From an uncultured Staphylococcaceae bacterium (lineage in GTDB: Bacteria > Bacillota_I > Bacilli_A > RFN20 > CAG-826), in assembly GCA_964438495.1 (NCBI GenBank), contig CAYTKX010000001.1:1-44711 (forward strand): 44,711 nucleotides of DNA, in the 5' to 3' direction. The position numbers were made by a program, and so were the translations under genes. Shown piece by piece: positions 37,201 to 44,711 of the stretch (position 1 is the first letter of the stretch; each line of letters opens with the position of its first letter). The notes below the pieces were generated by a model. It ran no database searches and was not told where the DNA came from. It saw nothing but the letters and a program-made list of their open reading frames with translations.

Positions 37201-37578
37201 TTAATTGTTAAAGATAAAGACGGTAATGAACAACGGCTCTCACGCATGCTCATGAAGAAATCAGGGGGCGAAACGCAAACGCCATTTTATATTAGTGTCC
37301 TTGCAAGTTTTGCCTATCTCTACCGCGTCAATGAACCAGGTGAGTTAAGCAATAGTGCCCGCCTTATTATCTTTGACGAAGCGTTCTCGAAGATGGATAG
37401 TGGCCGTATTAAAGAAGCGATTCGCTTATTACGCCGCTTTGGCTTACAAGCAATTATAAGTGCGCCAAGTGATAAAGTAGGCGACATTAGCCCGCTTGTT
37501 GATGAAACACTTGTCGTCTTACGCGGCAAAAACTATAGCCAAGTTCAACTTTTTGCCCGGGAAGAAGATTTAACATAG
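34204..37578 (+). CDS. jetC: JetC/MksB-like SMC-family ATPase
   Basis: 1124 aa. The N-terminal head is IINWHYF...FLTGMNASGKSTIIDAMQVVLLGD (Walker A). The middle ~700 aa is heptad-rich. The C-terminal head has KKSGGETQTPFYISVLASF (signature) and RLIIFDEAFSKMD (Walker B). TAATG overlap with jetB. Confidence 0.8.
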   Translation: MKLLKTVKIINWHYFWNQTLSIEPIVFLTGMNASGKSTIIDAMQVVLLGDTSGRYFNKAAAEKSNRTLRGYLRGELGDTLEGGFHYLRNGRFTSYIVLEFYDDVKDEFFNIGIVFDVYEDGGYDHRYFYLNAKMPENEFIVDNIPLEYKALNKLFQSEYAGKYKFFDTNRQYQDHLKKVLGNLKDKYFNLLKKAVSFSPITDITTFITEYVTESQKNIDIGPMQDNILQYKKLEDEAALMRYKVERLTEINKNYLVYKEHKEKQTLSEYVLEKSTLQNDLNRLEAFNKQYLGYAKRLGDIESELADLDINLAELNKRKIKLIQDSSTNDTYRITDEINEHKKVAEEKIKSLNFLNMQVRSDLERYVMTFNKIANDVITSLTNQDTKRFKKDGLFSLDELLDSAESIIKINNTITELLGRDINELGEDILTKWRTAQASFKQNLAAFTLTLGRLITDYEANEAILKQQEIDLRGGGKPYEYSLVQVRNELQNRLSAKFGHPVEVMIFSDLIDIKNPKWTNAIEGYLGAQRFYLFVEGQYFLDAYDILKGLLQTYNFYGTNLVDVDQIIERRFSASKNSLAEEILTDHVGARAYVDFLLGRLQKCNTIQEARNSGNGITPETDLYRNFTFGRINPRNYAQKFIGRKVEEGEVNAKKAELAAHGVQLNLYKELFNTLRYGNDIEIVNTNEISALGSQVKRIQELPALQQSVLFYEEELGRHDLTLIEGIHRRINLVETDIKGIEEQKSLLAEERGTINTNMSLLKSERIPETKQIINERQTKLDENYDAFFVEDVAEPFFQNLIAEGKTPLEINSEFRNAYSTALYLANSVFNQVKRLRKEYVVDYRLTFETEVSHNDQFDSELNDLLEVKLPEYEIKINDAYQKAVKQFKDDFISKLRSAIETVEDQIAELNIALSTSTFGEDSYQFTVRPSTVYRPYYDMIKDDLLLEVTDDDSEFFTKYEDVLKDLFGQIVLAGDGDKNAAVLANVEKFTDYRNYLDFDLIVKDKDGNEQRLSRMLMKKSGGETQTPFYISVLASFAYLYRVNEPGELSNSARLIIFDEAFSKMDSGRIKEAIRLLRRFGLQAIISAPSDKVGDISPLVDETLVVLRGKNYSQVQLFAREEDLT

Positions 37579-37588
37579 AAAGGAACTT

Positions 37589-38443
37589 ATGAAGCAAACT
37601 TTTGCCGAAACGATTAAACGCGAACATTTAGAACTGCGCAATAAATATCACGTCAGTCTTTTTACCGCCCTTACTTTTTTCGGCCTTATCGGCATGCTTA
37701 TAATTAGTCTATATACTTTTATTCCCCTTAGTCCTTTTTTACAAAGTCTAGTCCTGCCGATCGGGGGAAGTATTCTCTTTTTATACTTACTATTTATCTT
37801 TATTTTTTATCCTTTACGCTTTAATTACTTGCAAAAAGAGCTTTATTTAACGTTTTTTAAAGCGGCACGAAGCGCCGGACTTAAATTAATCCCTAATACA
37901 ATGGGGGTCCAAAACTTTGATTATGACACTTTACTTAAAGAAGCGTCGATTTTTAAAAGTGACTCCCTTTATCAAATCGCTCGTTATGAATACGATAAAC
38001 GCTTAATTCATGTCTTATATTATAAAGAAGGGGAAAACGTGTTTGCGATTATTCATATACCGCAGAAAGAATGTCCTTACTATTTACAAGTAAATAACAA
38101 TAACTTTGCGCCCCCAATTATGTATAAAGGTGAACAAATTGAAAAAGTAGCGTTTGTTTCTGCACATAAATTAAACTATTACGCGCTTAAAGGGCCAACT
38201 AATGTTAAAATATACTTGCGGAGAGAATTAGAAAGTCGCCTTATTGACATATTAAAAATCCGTGACGGTCATTATCAATATGTGGCGACGTACACTGATG
38301 AATTTTTACTCATTGATAAATACTATGAGCGGGCCCCCTTACGCCTTAATGAAAATTACAGTGATGAATACTATATTGAAAGGCTTAATAATTTATTACT
38401 AATACAACAAATATTAAACGTCATGCTTGACCAAAGGAGGTAA
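37589..38443 (+). CDS. Hypothetical membrane protein in the position where jetD is expected (possibly DUF3137-like; unverified)
   Basis: It starts 10 nt after the jetC stop, with GAAAGGA upstream. It has 2-3 N-terminal TM helices (LFTALTFFGLIGMLIISLYTFI; LVLPIGGSILFLYLLFIFIFY), then a ~190-aa soluble domain. I see no Toprim-like E / DxD motifs. Confidence 0.6.
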   Translation: MKQTFAETIKREHLELRNKYHVSLFTALTFFGLIGMLIISLYTFIPLSPFLQSLVLPIGGSILFLYLLFIFIFYPLRFNYLQKELYLTFFKAARSAGLKLIPNTMGVQNFDYDTLLKEASIFKSDSLYQIARYEYDKRLIHVLYYKEGENVFAIIHIPQKECPYYLQVNNNNFAPPIMYKGEQIEKVAFVSAHKLNYYALKGPTNVKIYLRRELESRLIDILKIRDGHYQYVATYTDEFLLIDKYYERAPLRLNENYSDEYYIERLNNLLLIQQILNVMLDQRR

Positions 38444-38444
38444 A

Positions 38445-39575
38445 ATGTCAAAACCACTCGTTGCAATGATCCTCGCTGGAGGAAAAGGATCTAGACTTTA
38501 CGAACTAACGCGTAAAAACGCAAAACCAGCGGTCCATTTTGGGGGAAAGTATCGCATTATTGATTACGCATTATCAAATTGCGCCCATTCCGGAATTGAT
38601 ACCGTTGGCGTCGTTACCCAATATGAGTCGATTAACTTAAGCCGTTATATTGGAAACGGTGAGAAATGGGGGTTAAATGGCGTAAGAAGTAGCACCGTAG
38701 CTATCCCGCCGCGGCAAACAGAAAGCGGCAGTAACTGGTTTATTGGCACCGCTGACGCTATTTACCAAAACATAGAATTCCTTGATTCTTTTGATCCGGA
38801 AAACGTCCTTATTTTAAGTGGTGACCATATTTATAAAATGGATTACGCGCAAATGCTTGAAACGCATCTTGAAAATAAAGCGGATTTAACAATTGCCGTC
38901 ATAGATGTGACGCTAGAAGAAGCAAAACGCTTTGGAATATTAAGCGCTGATAAAAATGACCGCATTACTGAGTTTGAAGAAAAACCCCGTAATCCGAAAT
39001 CAACCCTGGCAAGTATGGGTATTTATATCTTTAATTATCGCGTTTTAAAACAAAGCTTAATCGCTGACGCCAAAGACGAAACTAGTGACCATGACTTTGG
39101 CAAAAATATTATTCCCGCCCTTTTAGCAAAAAAACGTAAACTTTACGTGCACCGCTTTGAAGGGTATTGGAAAGATGTCGGCACGATTGATTCACTTTGG
39201 GAAGCCAATATGGATTTAATCGCTTCCATGGATGAAGACTTTTACGCTGTTGATAAGCATCATTTCCGTCTTTTTAGTGAAGATACGAATAGTGTGCCCC
39301 AATATGTAGGTAAAAAAGCGCGGGTCACCAATAGTGTTGTTAACCAAGGGGCAATTATTTTAGGGGAAGTTGATCATTCGATTATTTCTAACGAAGTATT
39401 CATTGAAAACGGAGCAAGGGTGACAAATAGCGTCATTATGCCCGGTGTTAATGTCGGCCGTAATGTTGTCATTAATAAAGCGATTGTCATTAATGATATT
39501 ACGATTGAAGACGATACGATTATTAACCCTGAAGGCGAAAAAGTCGTCTTAGTACATCAAGGAGGAGTAAAATAA
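38445..39575 (+). CDS. glgC: Glucose-1-phosphate adenylyltransferase
   Basis: ILAGGKGSRL.ELT...KPAV.FGGKYRIID, EKP, and a C-terminal left-handed beta-helix repeat region. I set the start at ATG 38445, after AAAGGAGG (38433-38440), 1 nt after the previous stop. Confidence 0.9.
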   Translation: MSKPLVAMILAGGKGSRLYELTRKNAKPAVHFGGKYRIIDYALSNCAHSGIDTVGVVTQYESINLSRYIGNGEKWGLNGVRSSTVAIPPRQTESGSNWFIGTADAIYQNIEFLDSFDPENVLILSGDHIYKMDYAQMLETHLENKADLTIAVIDVTLEEAKRFGILSADKNDRITEFEEKPRNPKSTLASMGIYIFNYRVLKQSLIADAKDETSDHDFGKNIIPALLAKKRKLYVHRFEGYWKDVGTIDSLWEANMDLIASMDEDFYAVDKHHFRLFSEDTNSVPQYVGKKARVTNSVVNQGAIILGEVDHSIISNEVFIENGARVTNSVIMPGVNVGRNVVINKAIVINDITIEDDTIINPEGEKVVLVHQGGVK

Positions 39576-39576
39576 A

Positions 39577-40692
39577 ATGAAAGTTTTAGCGTATTTAAAT
39601 TTACACCACGCCCCCGGTCTTGGCCCTTTAACGCGCAATCGTTCAAGTGCTGTCGTAAGCTTTTTAGGGCGTTATGCCTTTATGGACTTTATGCTTTCTA
39701 ACTTTAGTAATTCCGGTTTCGACCGTATTGTTTCGCTGGTTGACGCTCATCCCCATTCCGTACTAAAACACTTAGGAAGTCGTAACACTTTTAACATTAA
39801 TACGAAAATTGGCATGGAAATTGTCGCCTATAACGAAGGTGGCTCGAAAGCAGGACCCCGCTATAACACCGATATTGCAAACATTCGTTTTAATGACTGG
39901 ATCTTAGACCAAACTGATCCTGATTTTGTCGTTGTCGCACCAAGTTATTTTATTTTACCGCTTGATTTTCGCCCGATTATTAAAAAGCATATCGCGAGTA
40001 AAAGTTTAGTGACCGCTGTTTATCAACAAGTAAATAACGCCAAAACCGAATTTATCGGCCGTGGCATTTACGAATTAAATAGTGATGGTCAAGTCATTAA
40101 TTTCTCACGTAATAAGGGTGAGAAAAATGAACGGTTGATCGCTTTAGAAATTTACGTCTTTAATAAAGACACCTTTAAGTTTTTAATTAGTGAAGCGCAA
40201 CGCATTAGCTCATTTTACACTTTAAGTGATATCGTCGCTTATCAAGCAATGAACGGCTTACGTGTTGATACGTATGCTTATGAAGGCTACTTACGGTGTA
40301 TTGATAGTTATCAACATTACTTTGATTATAGTTTTGAATTACTTAACTACAAAGTACGGCGTCAACTCTTTATTCCTAATTGGCCCGTCTATACAGTAAC
40401 GCACGACACCCCACCGGCAAAATACGAAGAAACCGCGCGCGTTAATAACGCCTTTATCGCTAACGGTTCGCTTATTGCCGGGACAATTAAAAACGCTATT
40501 ATATCGCGGAATGTGAAAATTGAAGAAGGAGCGATTGTAGAAAATTCGATTATTTTCACCGACTCCATTATTCGCCGCAATAAAACAATTACCCACGCGA
40601 TTATTGATAAGGATGCTGATGTGGCGATAGCGACCGAATTAAGCGGCACCCCCAATGATATTTTATATGTACGAAAAGGAGACAAAGTATAA
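39577..40692 (+). CDS. glgD: Glycogen biosynthesis protein GlgD (non-catalytic ADP-Glc pyrophosphorylase subunit)
   Basis: GlgC paralog lacking the GGxGxRL loop (LHHAPGLGPLTRNRS). It occupies the Firmicutes position between glgC and glgA. Confidence 0.8.
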   Translation: MKVLAYLNLHHAPGLGPLTRNRSSAVVSFLGRYAFMDFMLSNFSNSGFDRIVSLVDAHPHSVLKHLGSRNTFNINTKIGMEIVAYNEGGSKAGPRYNTDIANIRFNDWILDQTDPDFVVVAPSYFILPLDFRPIIKKHIASKSLVTAVYQQVNNAKTEFIGRGIYELNSDGQVINFSRNKGEKNERLIALEIYVFNKDTFKFLISEAQRISSFYTLSDIVAYQAMNGLRVDTYAYEGYLRCIDSYQHYFDYSFELLNYKVRRQLFIPNWPVYTVTHDTPPAKYEETARVNNAFIANGSLIAGTIKNAIISRNVKIEEGAIVENSIIFTDSIIRRNKTITHAIIDKDADVAIATELSGTPNDILYVRKGDKV

Positions 40693-42125
40693 TGAAAATT
40701 TTAATGGTGGCGAGCGAAAGCGCGCCCTTAGCAAAAACCGGAGGACTTGCCGATGTCGTTTACTCTTTATCCAAAGAATTAGCAATTCTTGGTGAAGAAG
40801 TAAGCGTTGTGATGCCCTTTTACGGCAACATAAATAGATTTCCTGACCGTGAAATCCGCTTTCTTGCTAATGTCCAAGTCCCACTTGGCTGGCGCTTTCA
40901 AAACGCCAAAGTTTATAAAACCTTTATTGATGGAATTACGTTTTATTTAGTTGAAAATGAATACTATTTTGGTCGTGACGGCTTTTATGGGTATGAAGAT
41001 GACACGGAACGGTTCGCTTTCTTTAGTGTGGCGGTGCGTAATATGCTGCAAACCTTAAAACTTAAACCTGATGTTATTCATGTCCATGATTATCATGGCG
41101 GCATGATTCCCGCGCTTATTAAAATTCAAAATGCGCGTACGAAGTTTTTTGCAAACATGAAGTTTGTCGTTACAATTCATAACCCCGCCTTCCAAGGCGA
41201 ATTCCATCCAGACTTATTACCAGACTTTTATGATATTCGCAAAGAATACTTTGATGACGGCACCCTTCGTTATCGCGATAAAGTAAATGCTTTAAAAGCG
41301 GCAATTGTTTTTGCTGATAAAATTAACACTGTTAGTCCGACCCACGCCTTAGAACTTTTAACCCCGGAAGGCTCTAAAGGGCTTGATGGCATTTTAAAGT
41401 TACGTGAAAAAGACTTTAGTGGCATCTTAAACGGCATTGATTATGATGAATTTAATCCGGCTACTGATAAATATATTCCCCATAATTTCCACATTCAAAA
41501 CTTAAAAGGAAAAGCGCTGAATAAGGCGGAATTATTTAATGAGCTTAATTTAACGGTTGATCCAAGTGCCCCGCTTTTTGCAATGGTTACCCGTTTAACG
41601 TGGCAAAAAGGGCTTGATTTAGTAATTCCGGCGATTGTTGAAGTCATTAATGGCGGCGGCGCTGTTGTCGTGGTTGGTAGTGGCGAATATGGCTACGAAC
41701 AAGAACTTGAACGCTTACGCGCTATGTATCCGTCACAAATGGCAATATATATTGGCTATAACAATAGTTTAGCCCACCGCGTCTATGCGGCGAGTGATTT
41801 CTTCTTTATGCCTAGCTTATTTGAACCATGCGGCATTGGGCAAATGATTGCGCAACGCTACGGCTCTTTACCAATTGTACGTGCCACCGGTGGCTTAAAA
41901 GATACAATTATTGGTTATGACGGCACAAATAGTGATGTCGCGGACGGTTATAGTTTTGATCAATATGATGAATACTGGATGAAACTAACGACCAATTACG
42001 CTTTATTGCAATATAAAAACGAAAAAGTCCATCGCCGTTTACGGCGTAATGCGATGCGTAAGCTCAATAACTGGGCTGAAGCTTCGAAGAAGTATTTAGC
42101 GTTATATAAAAGTATATCAAAGTAA
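40692..42125 (+). CDS. glgA: Glycogen synthase (ADP-glucose type, GT5)
   Basis: N-terminal E..P.AKTGGLADV, HDYH, PSLFEPCG and RATGGL motifs; 477 aa. Confidence 0.9.
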   Translation: MKILMVASESAPLAKTGGLADVVYSLSKELAILGEEVSVVMPFYGNINRFPDREIRFLANVQVPLGWRFQNAKVYKTFIDGITFYLVENEYYFGRDGFYGYEDDTERFAFFSVAVRNMLQTLKLKPDVIHVHDYHGGMIPALIKIQNARTKFFANMKFVVTIHNPAFQGEFHPDLLPDFYDIRKEYFDDGTLRYRDKVNALKAAIVFADKINTVSPTHALELLTPEGSKGLDGILKLREKDFSGILNGIDYDEFNPATDKYIPHNFHIQNLKGKALNKAELFNELNLTVDPSAPLFAMVTRLTWQKGLDLVIPAIVEVINGGGAVVVVGSGEYGYEQELERLRAMYPSQMAIYIGYNNSLAHRVYAASDFFFMPSLFEPCGIGQMIAQRYGSLPIVRATGGLKDTIIGYDGTNSDVADGYSFDQYDEYWMKLTTNYALLQYKNEKVHRRLRRNAMRKLNNWAEASKKYLALYKSISK

Positions 42126-42129
42126 ATTA

Positions 42130-42138
42130 TGATATAAT
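42130..42138 (+). promoter_or_regulatory. Extended -10 promoter (TGATATAAT) for the leuS leader
   Basis: TGATATAAT at 42130-42138, just after the glgA stop and ~7 nt before the start of Stem I. Confidence 0.5.
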
Positions 42139-42144
42139 TCTTTT

Positions 42145-42276
42145 GCGAGCGAAGAATAAGTAACATAGTTACGTCTCACCTTCGCCTATCGCTGTCCCTA
42201 GCATTAATAGGAAAATGAAGTGATAAAACAAGGTGGTACCGCGAATTTTCGCCCTTAGGTAACACCTTTTATTTTT
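42145..42276 (+). promoter_or_regulatory. T-box riboswitch leader (Leu-specific) controlling leuS
   Basis: Canonical T-box sequence AACAAGGTGGTACCGCG at 42227-42243. The antiterminator is AGG / 7-nt bulge UGGUACC / GCGA-loop-UCGC / CCU. The competing terminator is listed as a separate feature. Stem I is at 42145-42192, with Leu codons on its 3' side. Confidence 0.85.
42230..42276 (+). terminator. Intrinsic terminator of the T-box leader
   Basis: AAGGTGGTACC (42230-42240) pairs with GGTAACACCTT (42258-42268) with one mismatch. TTTTATTTTT follows. Confidence 0.75.
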
Positions 42277-42286
42277 GGAGGTATTT

Positions 42287-44686
42287 ATGGCTTATAACTT
42301 TAAAGAAGCAGAAAAGAAATGGCAAAAGTATTGGGAAGATAATAATACTTTCTACACTGATGTCTATGATTTTAGTAAACCAAAGTATTATGTTTTAGAT
42401 ATGTTCCCATATCCCTCAGGGGAAGGACTCCACGTCGGTCACGCGGAAGGATATACGGCAACGGATATTATTGCCCGCTTTAAAAGAATGCAAGGCTTTA
42501 ATGTCCTCCACCCTATTGGGTATGACGCTTTTGGATTACCAGCTGAACAATACGCGATTAAAACGAATAATCACCCAGGTTTATTTACGAATAAAAATAT
42601 CGCTAACTTTCGGCGTCAACTAAAAAGACTTGGCTTTAGTTATGATTTTTCGAAAGAAATAAGTACCGCTGATCCGACGTATTACAAATGGACGCAGTGG
42701 ATTTTCACAAAACTCTTTAATAGTGATTTAGCCTATGTTGATAATATTCCCGTTAACTTTTGTCCGGCTTTAGGCACGGTTTTAGCGAACGAAGAAGTAA
42801 TTGACGGTAAAAGTGAAGTCGGTGGGTTCCCGGTTATCCGGATGCCGATGCGGCAATGGCTTTTAAAAATAACCGCATATGCAAATCGTCTACTTACCGA
42901 TCTTGAAGGGCTTGATTGGCCGTCTTCAACGCTTGAAATGCAACGAAACTGGATTGGTAAAAGTGAAGGTACCATCGTTATTTTTAAAGTTTTTGATCAT
43001 GATGAAACTTTTAAAATCTTCACTACGCGGGTTGATACGCTTTATGGGGCTACTTATGCTGTCCTAGCGCCTGAACATCCGTTAGTAAATGTGCTAGTTA
43101 GTAAAGCGCAAAAAAAAGAAGTATTAAAATACGTTAAAGCCGCTGCAACAAAAAGCGACTTAGAACGGACTGAACTTAGTAAAGATAAAAGTGGGGTCTT
43201 TTTAGGGGCTTACGCTATTAATCCGCTAAATGAAGAAAAAATCCCTATTTATGTTGCTGATTATGTTTTAGGAAGTTATGGCGAAGGGGCAGTGATGGCG
43301 GTACCCGCTCATGATGAACGCGATTATGAATTTGCGAAAAAACATAATTTACCGCTTAAACAAGTTCTTGCTGGTGATATAAGTGAAGAAGCCTTTACCG
43401 CTGACGCCGCTCACATTAATAGTCCATTAATTAACGGTTTAAACATTGAAAACAGTAAAAAAGTATTAAACGAATACTTAACAAAACACGGTTTAGGCTA
43501 TACGCAAACAAACTATAAACTTCGTGATTGGTTATTTTCAAGACAACGCTATTGGGGCGAACCAATTCCAATTGTTATTGATGAAAATAATAAATTCACC
43601 GCACTAAATGAAGAAGATTTACCGCTTACTTTACCTGATTTAAAAGAATATAAACCGTCAGGAACCGGGGAATCTCCGCTTGCTTTAGCGACCGACTGGG
43701 TCAATACAACGTATAACGGAAAAAGTGTAAAACGTGAAACAAATACGATGCCGCAATGGGCGGGAAGTTGTTGGTATTACATTCGTTATTTAGATCCACA
43801 TAACGATAAAATGATTGCTGATCCCAAACTCATTAAACATTGGCTCCCCGTTGATCTTTATATTGGCGGCGCTGAACATGCAGTACTCCATTTACTCTAC
43901 GCACGTTTCTGGCACAAGTTTTTATATGATCAAAACATTGTCACAACCGAAGAACCATTTAAACGGTTATTCCACCAAGGAATGATTTTAGGAGAAACCG
44001 GTGAAAAGATGTCAAAATCACGCGGTAATGTCGTTAATCCGGACGATATTATTGAAAAATATGGCGTTGATGCCTTACGGCTTTATGAAATGTTTATGGG
44101 GCCATTAGAAGCAAGTCTACCTTGGTCGACAACCGGGCTAGAAGGGGCGTTACGCTTTTTAAACCGTGTTGCCCGTATTTTCTCAAGTGAATTTACAACG
44201 CCAATTGTTGACACTAATAGCGGCGAATTAGATTATTCTTATCATTACACAGTTAAGAAAGTAACCGAAGACTTTGAAAAGCTTGCCTTTAATACGGCGA
44301 TTGCGCAACTCATGATTTTTGTTAATGATATTTATAAAGCTAAAGAAGTATATAAACCGTATTTAATCGGTTTAATTAAACTTATTTACCCGATTGCCCC
44401 GCATTTAGGTGAAGAACTTTATAGTCAGTTTAGTGATGTTGAGACTATTACGTATGAAGCGTGGCCAACGTATGACGAAGCAAAACTTGTCGTCAATGAA
44501 GTAGAAATAGCCGTTCAAGTAAACGGAAAACTACGGGCGACAATGAAAGCCTCATTAAATGAAAGCAAAGAAAAGCTTGAACAAATGGCGCTTGACTTAG
44601 AAAACGTCCAACGCTTTATCGATGGAATGACGATTAGACGCGTCATCGTTGTCCCAAACAAAATCGTTAACATTGTCGTTTCCTAA
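42287..44686 (+). CDS. leuS: Leucyl-tRNA synthetase
   Basis: Class I motifs HVGH ([14 protein letters not shown]) and KMSKS, plus the CP1 editing domain. ~800 aa. I set the start at ATG 42287 (MAYNFKE), after GGAGG at 42277-42281. Confidence 0.95.
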   Translation: MAYNFKEAEKKWQKYWEDNNTFYTDVYDFSKPKYYVLDMFPYPSGEGLHVGHAEGYTATDIIARFKRMQGFNVLHPIGYDAFGLPAEQYAIKTNNHPGLFTNKNIANFRRQLKRLGFSYDFSKEISTADPTYYKWTQWIFTKLFNSDLAYVDNIPVNFCPALGTVLANEEVIDGKSEVGGFPVIRMPMRQWLLKITAYANRLLTDLEGLDWPSSTLEMQRNWIGKSEGTIVIFKVFDHDETFKIFTTRVDTLYGATYAVLAPEHPLVNVLVSKAQKKEVLKYVKAAATKSDLERTELSKDKSGVFLGAYAINPLNEEKIPIYVADYVLGSYGEGAVMAVPAHDERDYEFAKKHNLPLKQVLAGDISEEAFTADAAHINSPLINGLNIENSKKVLNEYLTKHGLGYTQTNYKLRDWLFSRQRYWGEPIPIVIDENNKFTALNEEDLPLTLPDLKEYKPSGTGESPLALATDWVNTTYNGKSVKRETNTMPQWAGSCWYYIRYLDPHNDKMIADPKLIKHWLPVDLYIGGAEHAVLHLLYARFWHKFLYDQNIVTTEEPFKRLFHQGMILGETGEKMSKSRGNVVNPDDIIEKYGVDALRLYEMFMGPLEASLPWSTTGLEGALRFLNRVARIFSSEFTTPIVDTNSGELDYSYHYTVKKVTEDFEKLAFNTAIAQLMIFVNDIYKAKEVYKPYLIGLIKLIYPIAPHLGEELYSQFSDVETITYEAWPTYDEAKLVVNEVEIAVQVNGKLRATMKASLNESKEKLEQMALDLENVQRFIDGMTIRRVIVVPNKIVNIVVS

Positions 44687-44711
44687 TCTGTGTATTAAAA
44701 TATTAGTGCCC

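Noticed and set aside
31323-37529. Short ORFs 31323-31643 (plus), 32486-32731 (minus), 35295-35567 (minus) and 37320-37529 (minus) in the accessory block.
   Set aside because: I checked them specifically as possible hidden small partners or antitoxins of the jet locus. All are antisense to long coherent ORFs, lack SDs and encode Ser/Leu/Arg-rich shadow peptides.
30513-38443. The jet-containing block as a recently acquired mobile element or genomic island.
   Set aside because: I see no integrase, transposase, tRNA gene, or flanking direct or inverted repeats. Base composition and codon style do not look visibly different from the flanks by eye. Only the degenerate pgmB-like remnant hints at rearrangement. 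A computed GC-skew or k-mer profile would be needed to say more.
42186-42188. CUA in a 3-nt bulge on the 3' side of the lower Stem I, considered as the T-box specifier codon. CUU at 42180-42182 was also considered.
   Set aside because: CUC-A at 42175-42178 lies in the internal loop just below the upper helix and is followed by the usual purine. That fits the canonical specifier-loop geometry better. All three are Leu codons, so the amino-acid assignment is unaffected.
40339-43067. ORFs 40339-40596 and 40389-40685 (minus, in glgD), 42733-42975 (minus) and 42879-43067 (plus, in leuS).
   Set aside because: They are shadow ORFs within well-supported genes.
1-44711. Scan of the whole window for CRISPR arrays, tRNA/rRNA genes, IS elements, long tandem or inverted repeats, and for TGA read as Trp.
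   Set aside because: Intergenic regions are all under ~230 nt and are explained by promoters, terminators, the T-box or the pgmB-like remnant. I noticed no repeated spacer-repeat pattern. TGA terminates well-defined genes (the YigZ-family gene at 5231, and the 357-aa gene at 30956), so the standard code applies.

Overview
This is an AT-rich bacterial chromosomal segment that uses the standard genetic code. TGA is a stop (e.g. 5231-5233) and Trp is TGG, so it is not a code-4 Mycoplasma. Gene content and synteny fit a low-GC Firmicutes or Acholeplasma/Erysipelotrichia-like lineage, but no organism can be assigned from the sequence alone. I count about 42 protein genes, tightly packed with many 1-11 nt overlaps. 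I found no rRNA, tRNA, CRISPR array, transposase or integrase.

Most of the window is housekeeping:
- lemA (partial), and a CPBP protease-TraX-trxA operon
- YigZ-Mrp-M24 peptidase-glpK
- addB/addA (RexAB-type)
- a TGS-domain uridine-kinase-like gene, ppa, trmL, and an NFACT/RqcH-like gene
- the Bacillus-like block gmk-priA-...-rsmB-like-rlmN-prpC-prkC-rsgA-rpe, converging on rpmB
- glgC-glgD-glgA, and a T-box-controlled leuS

The one accessory-looking block is 30.5-38.4 kb. It holds a translationally coupled jetA-jetB-jetC (Wadjet/MksBEF-type SMC complex) with no JetD nuclease. A 284-aa membrane protein follows 10 nt downstream, and the string runs straight into glgCDA. Upstream lies a divergent two-gene module: a ~360-aa helical protein of unknown function plus a 2-TM PH-like protein. 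A distant paralog of that helical protein is translationally coupled to the 3' end of addA at 14.2 kb. I consider this JetD-less Wadjet-like locus and its uncharacterised partners the best candidate for an undescribed system.

Other points of interest:
- A recurrent leaderless-mRNA promoter geometry, with a -10 box 6-7 nt from the ATG and no Shine-Dalgarno (SD).
- An RsmB homolog with every catalytic motif replaced.
- A degenerate beta-phosphoglucomutase remnant.
- A very compact leuS T-box leader.

All family assignments come from reading motifs by eye. No database search was run.
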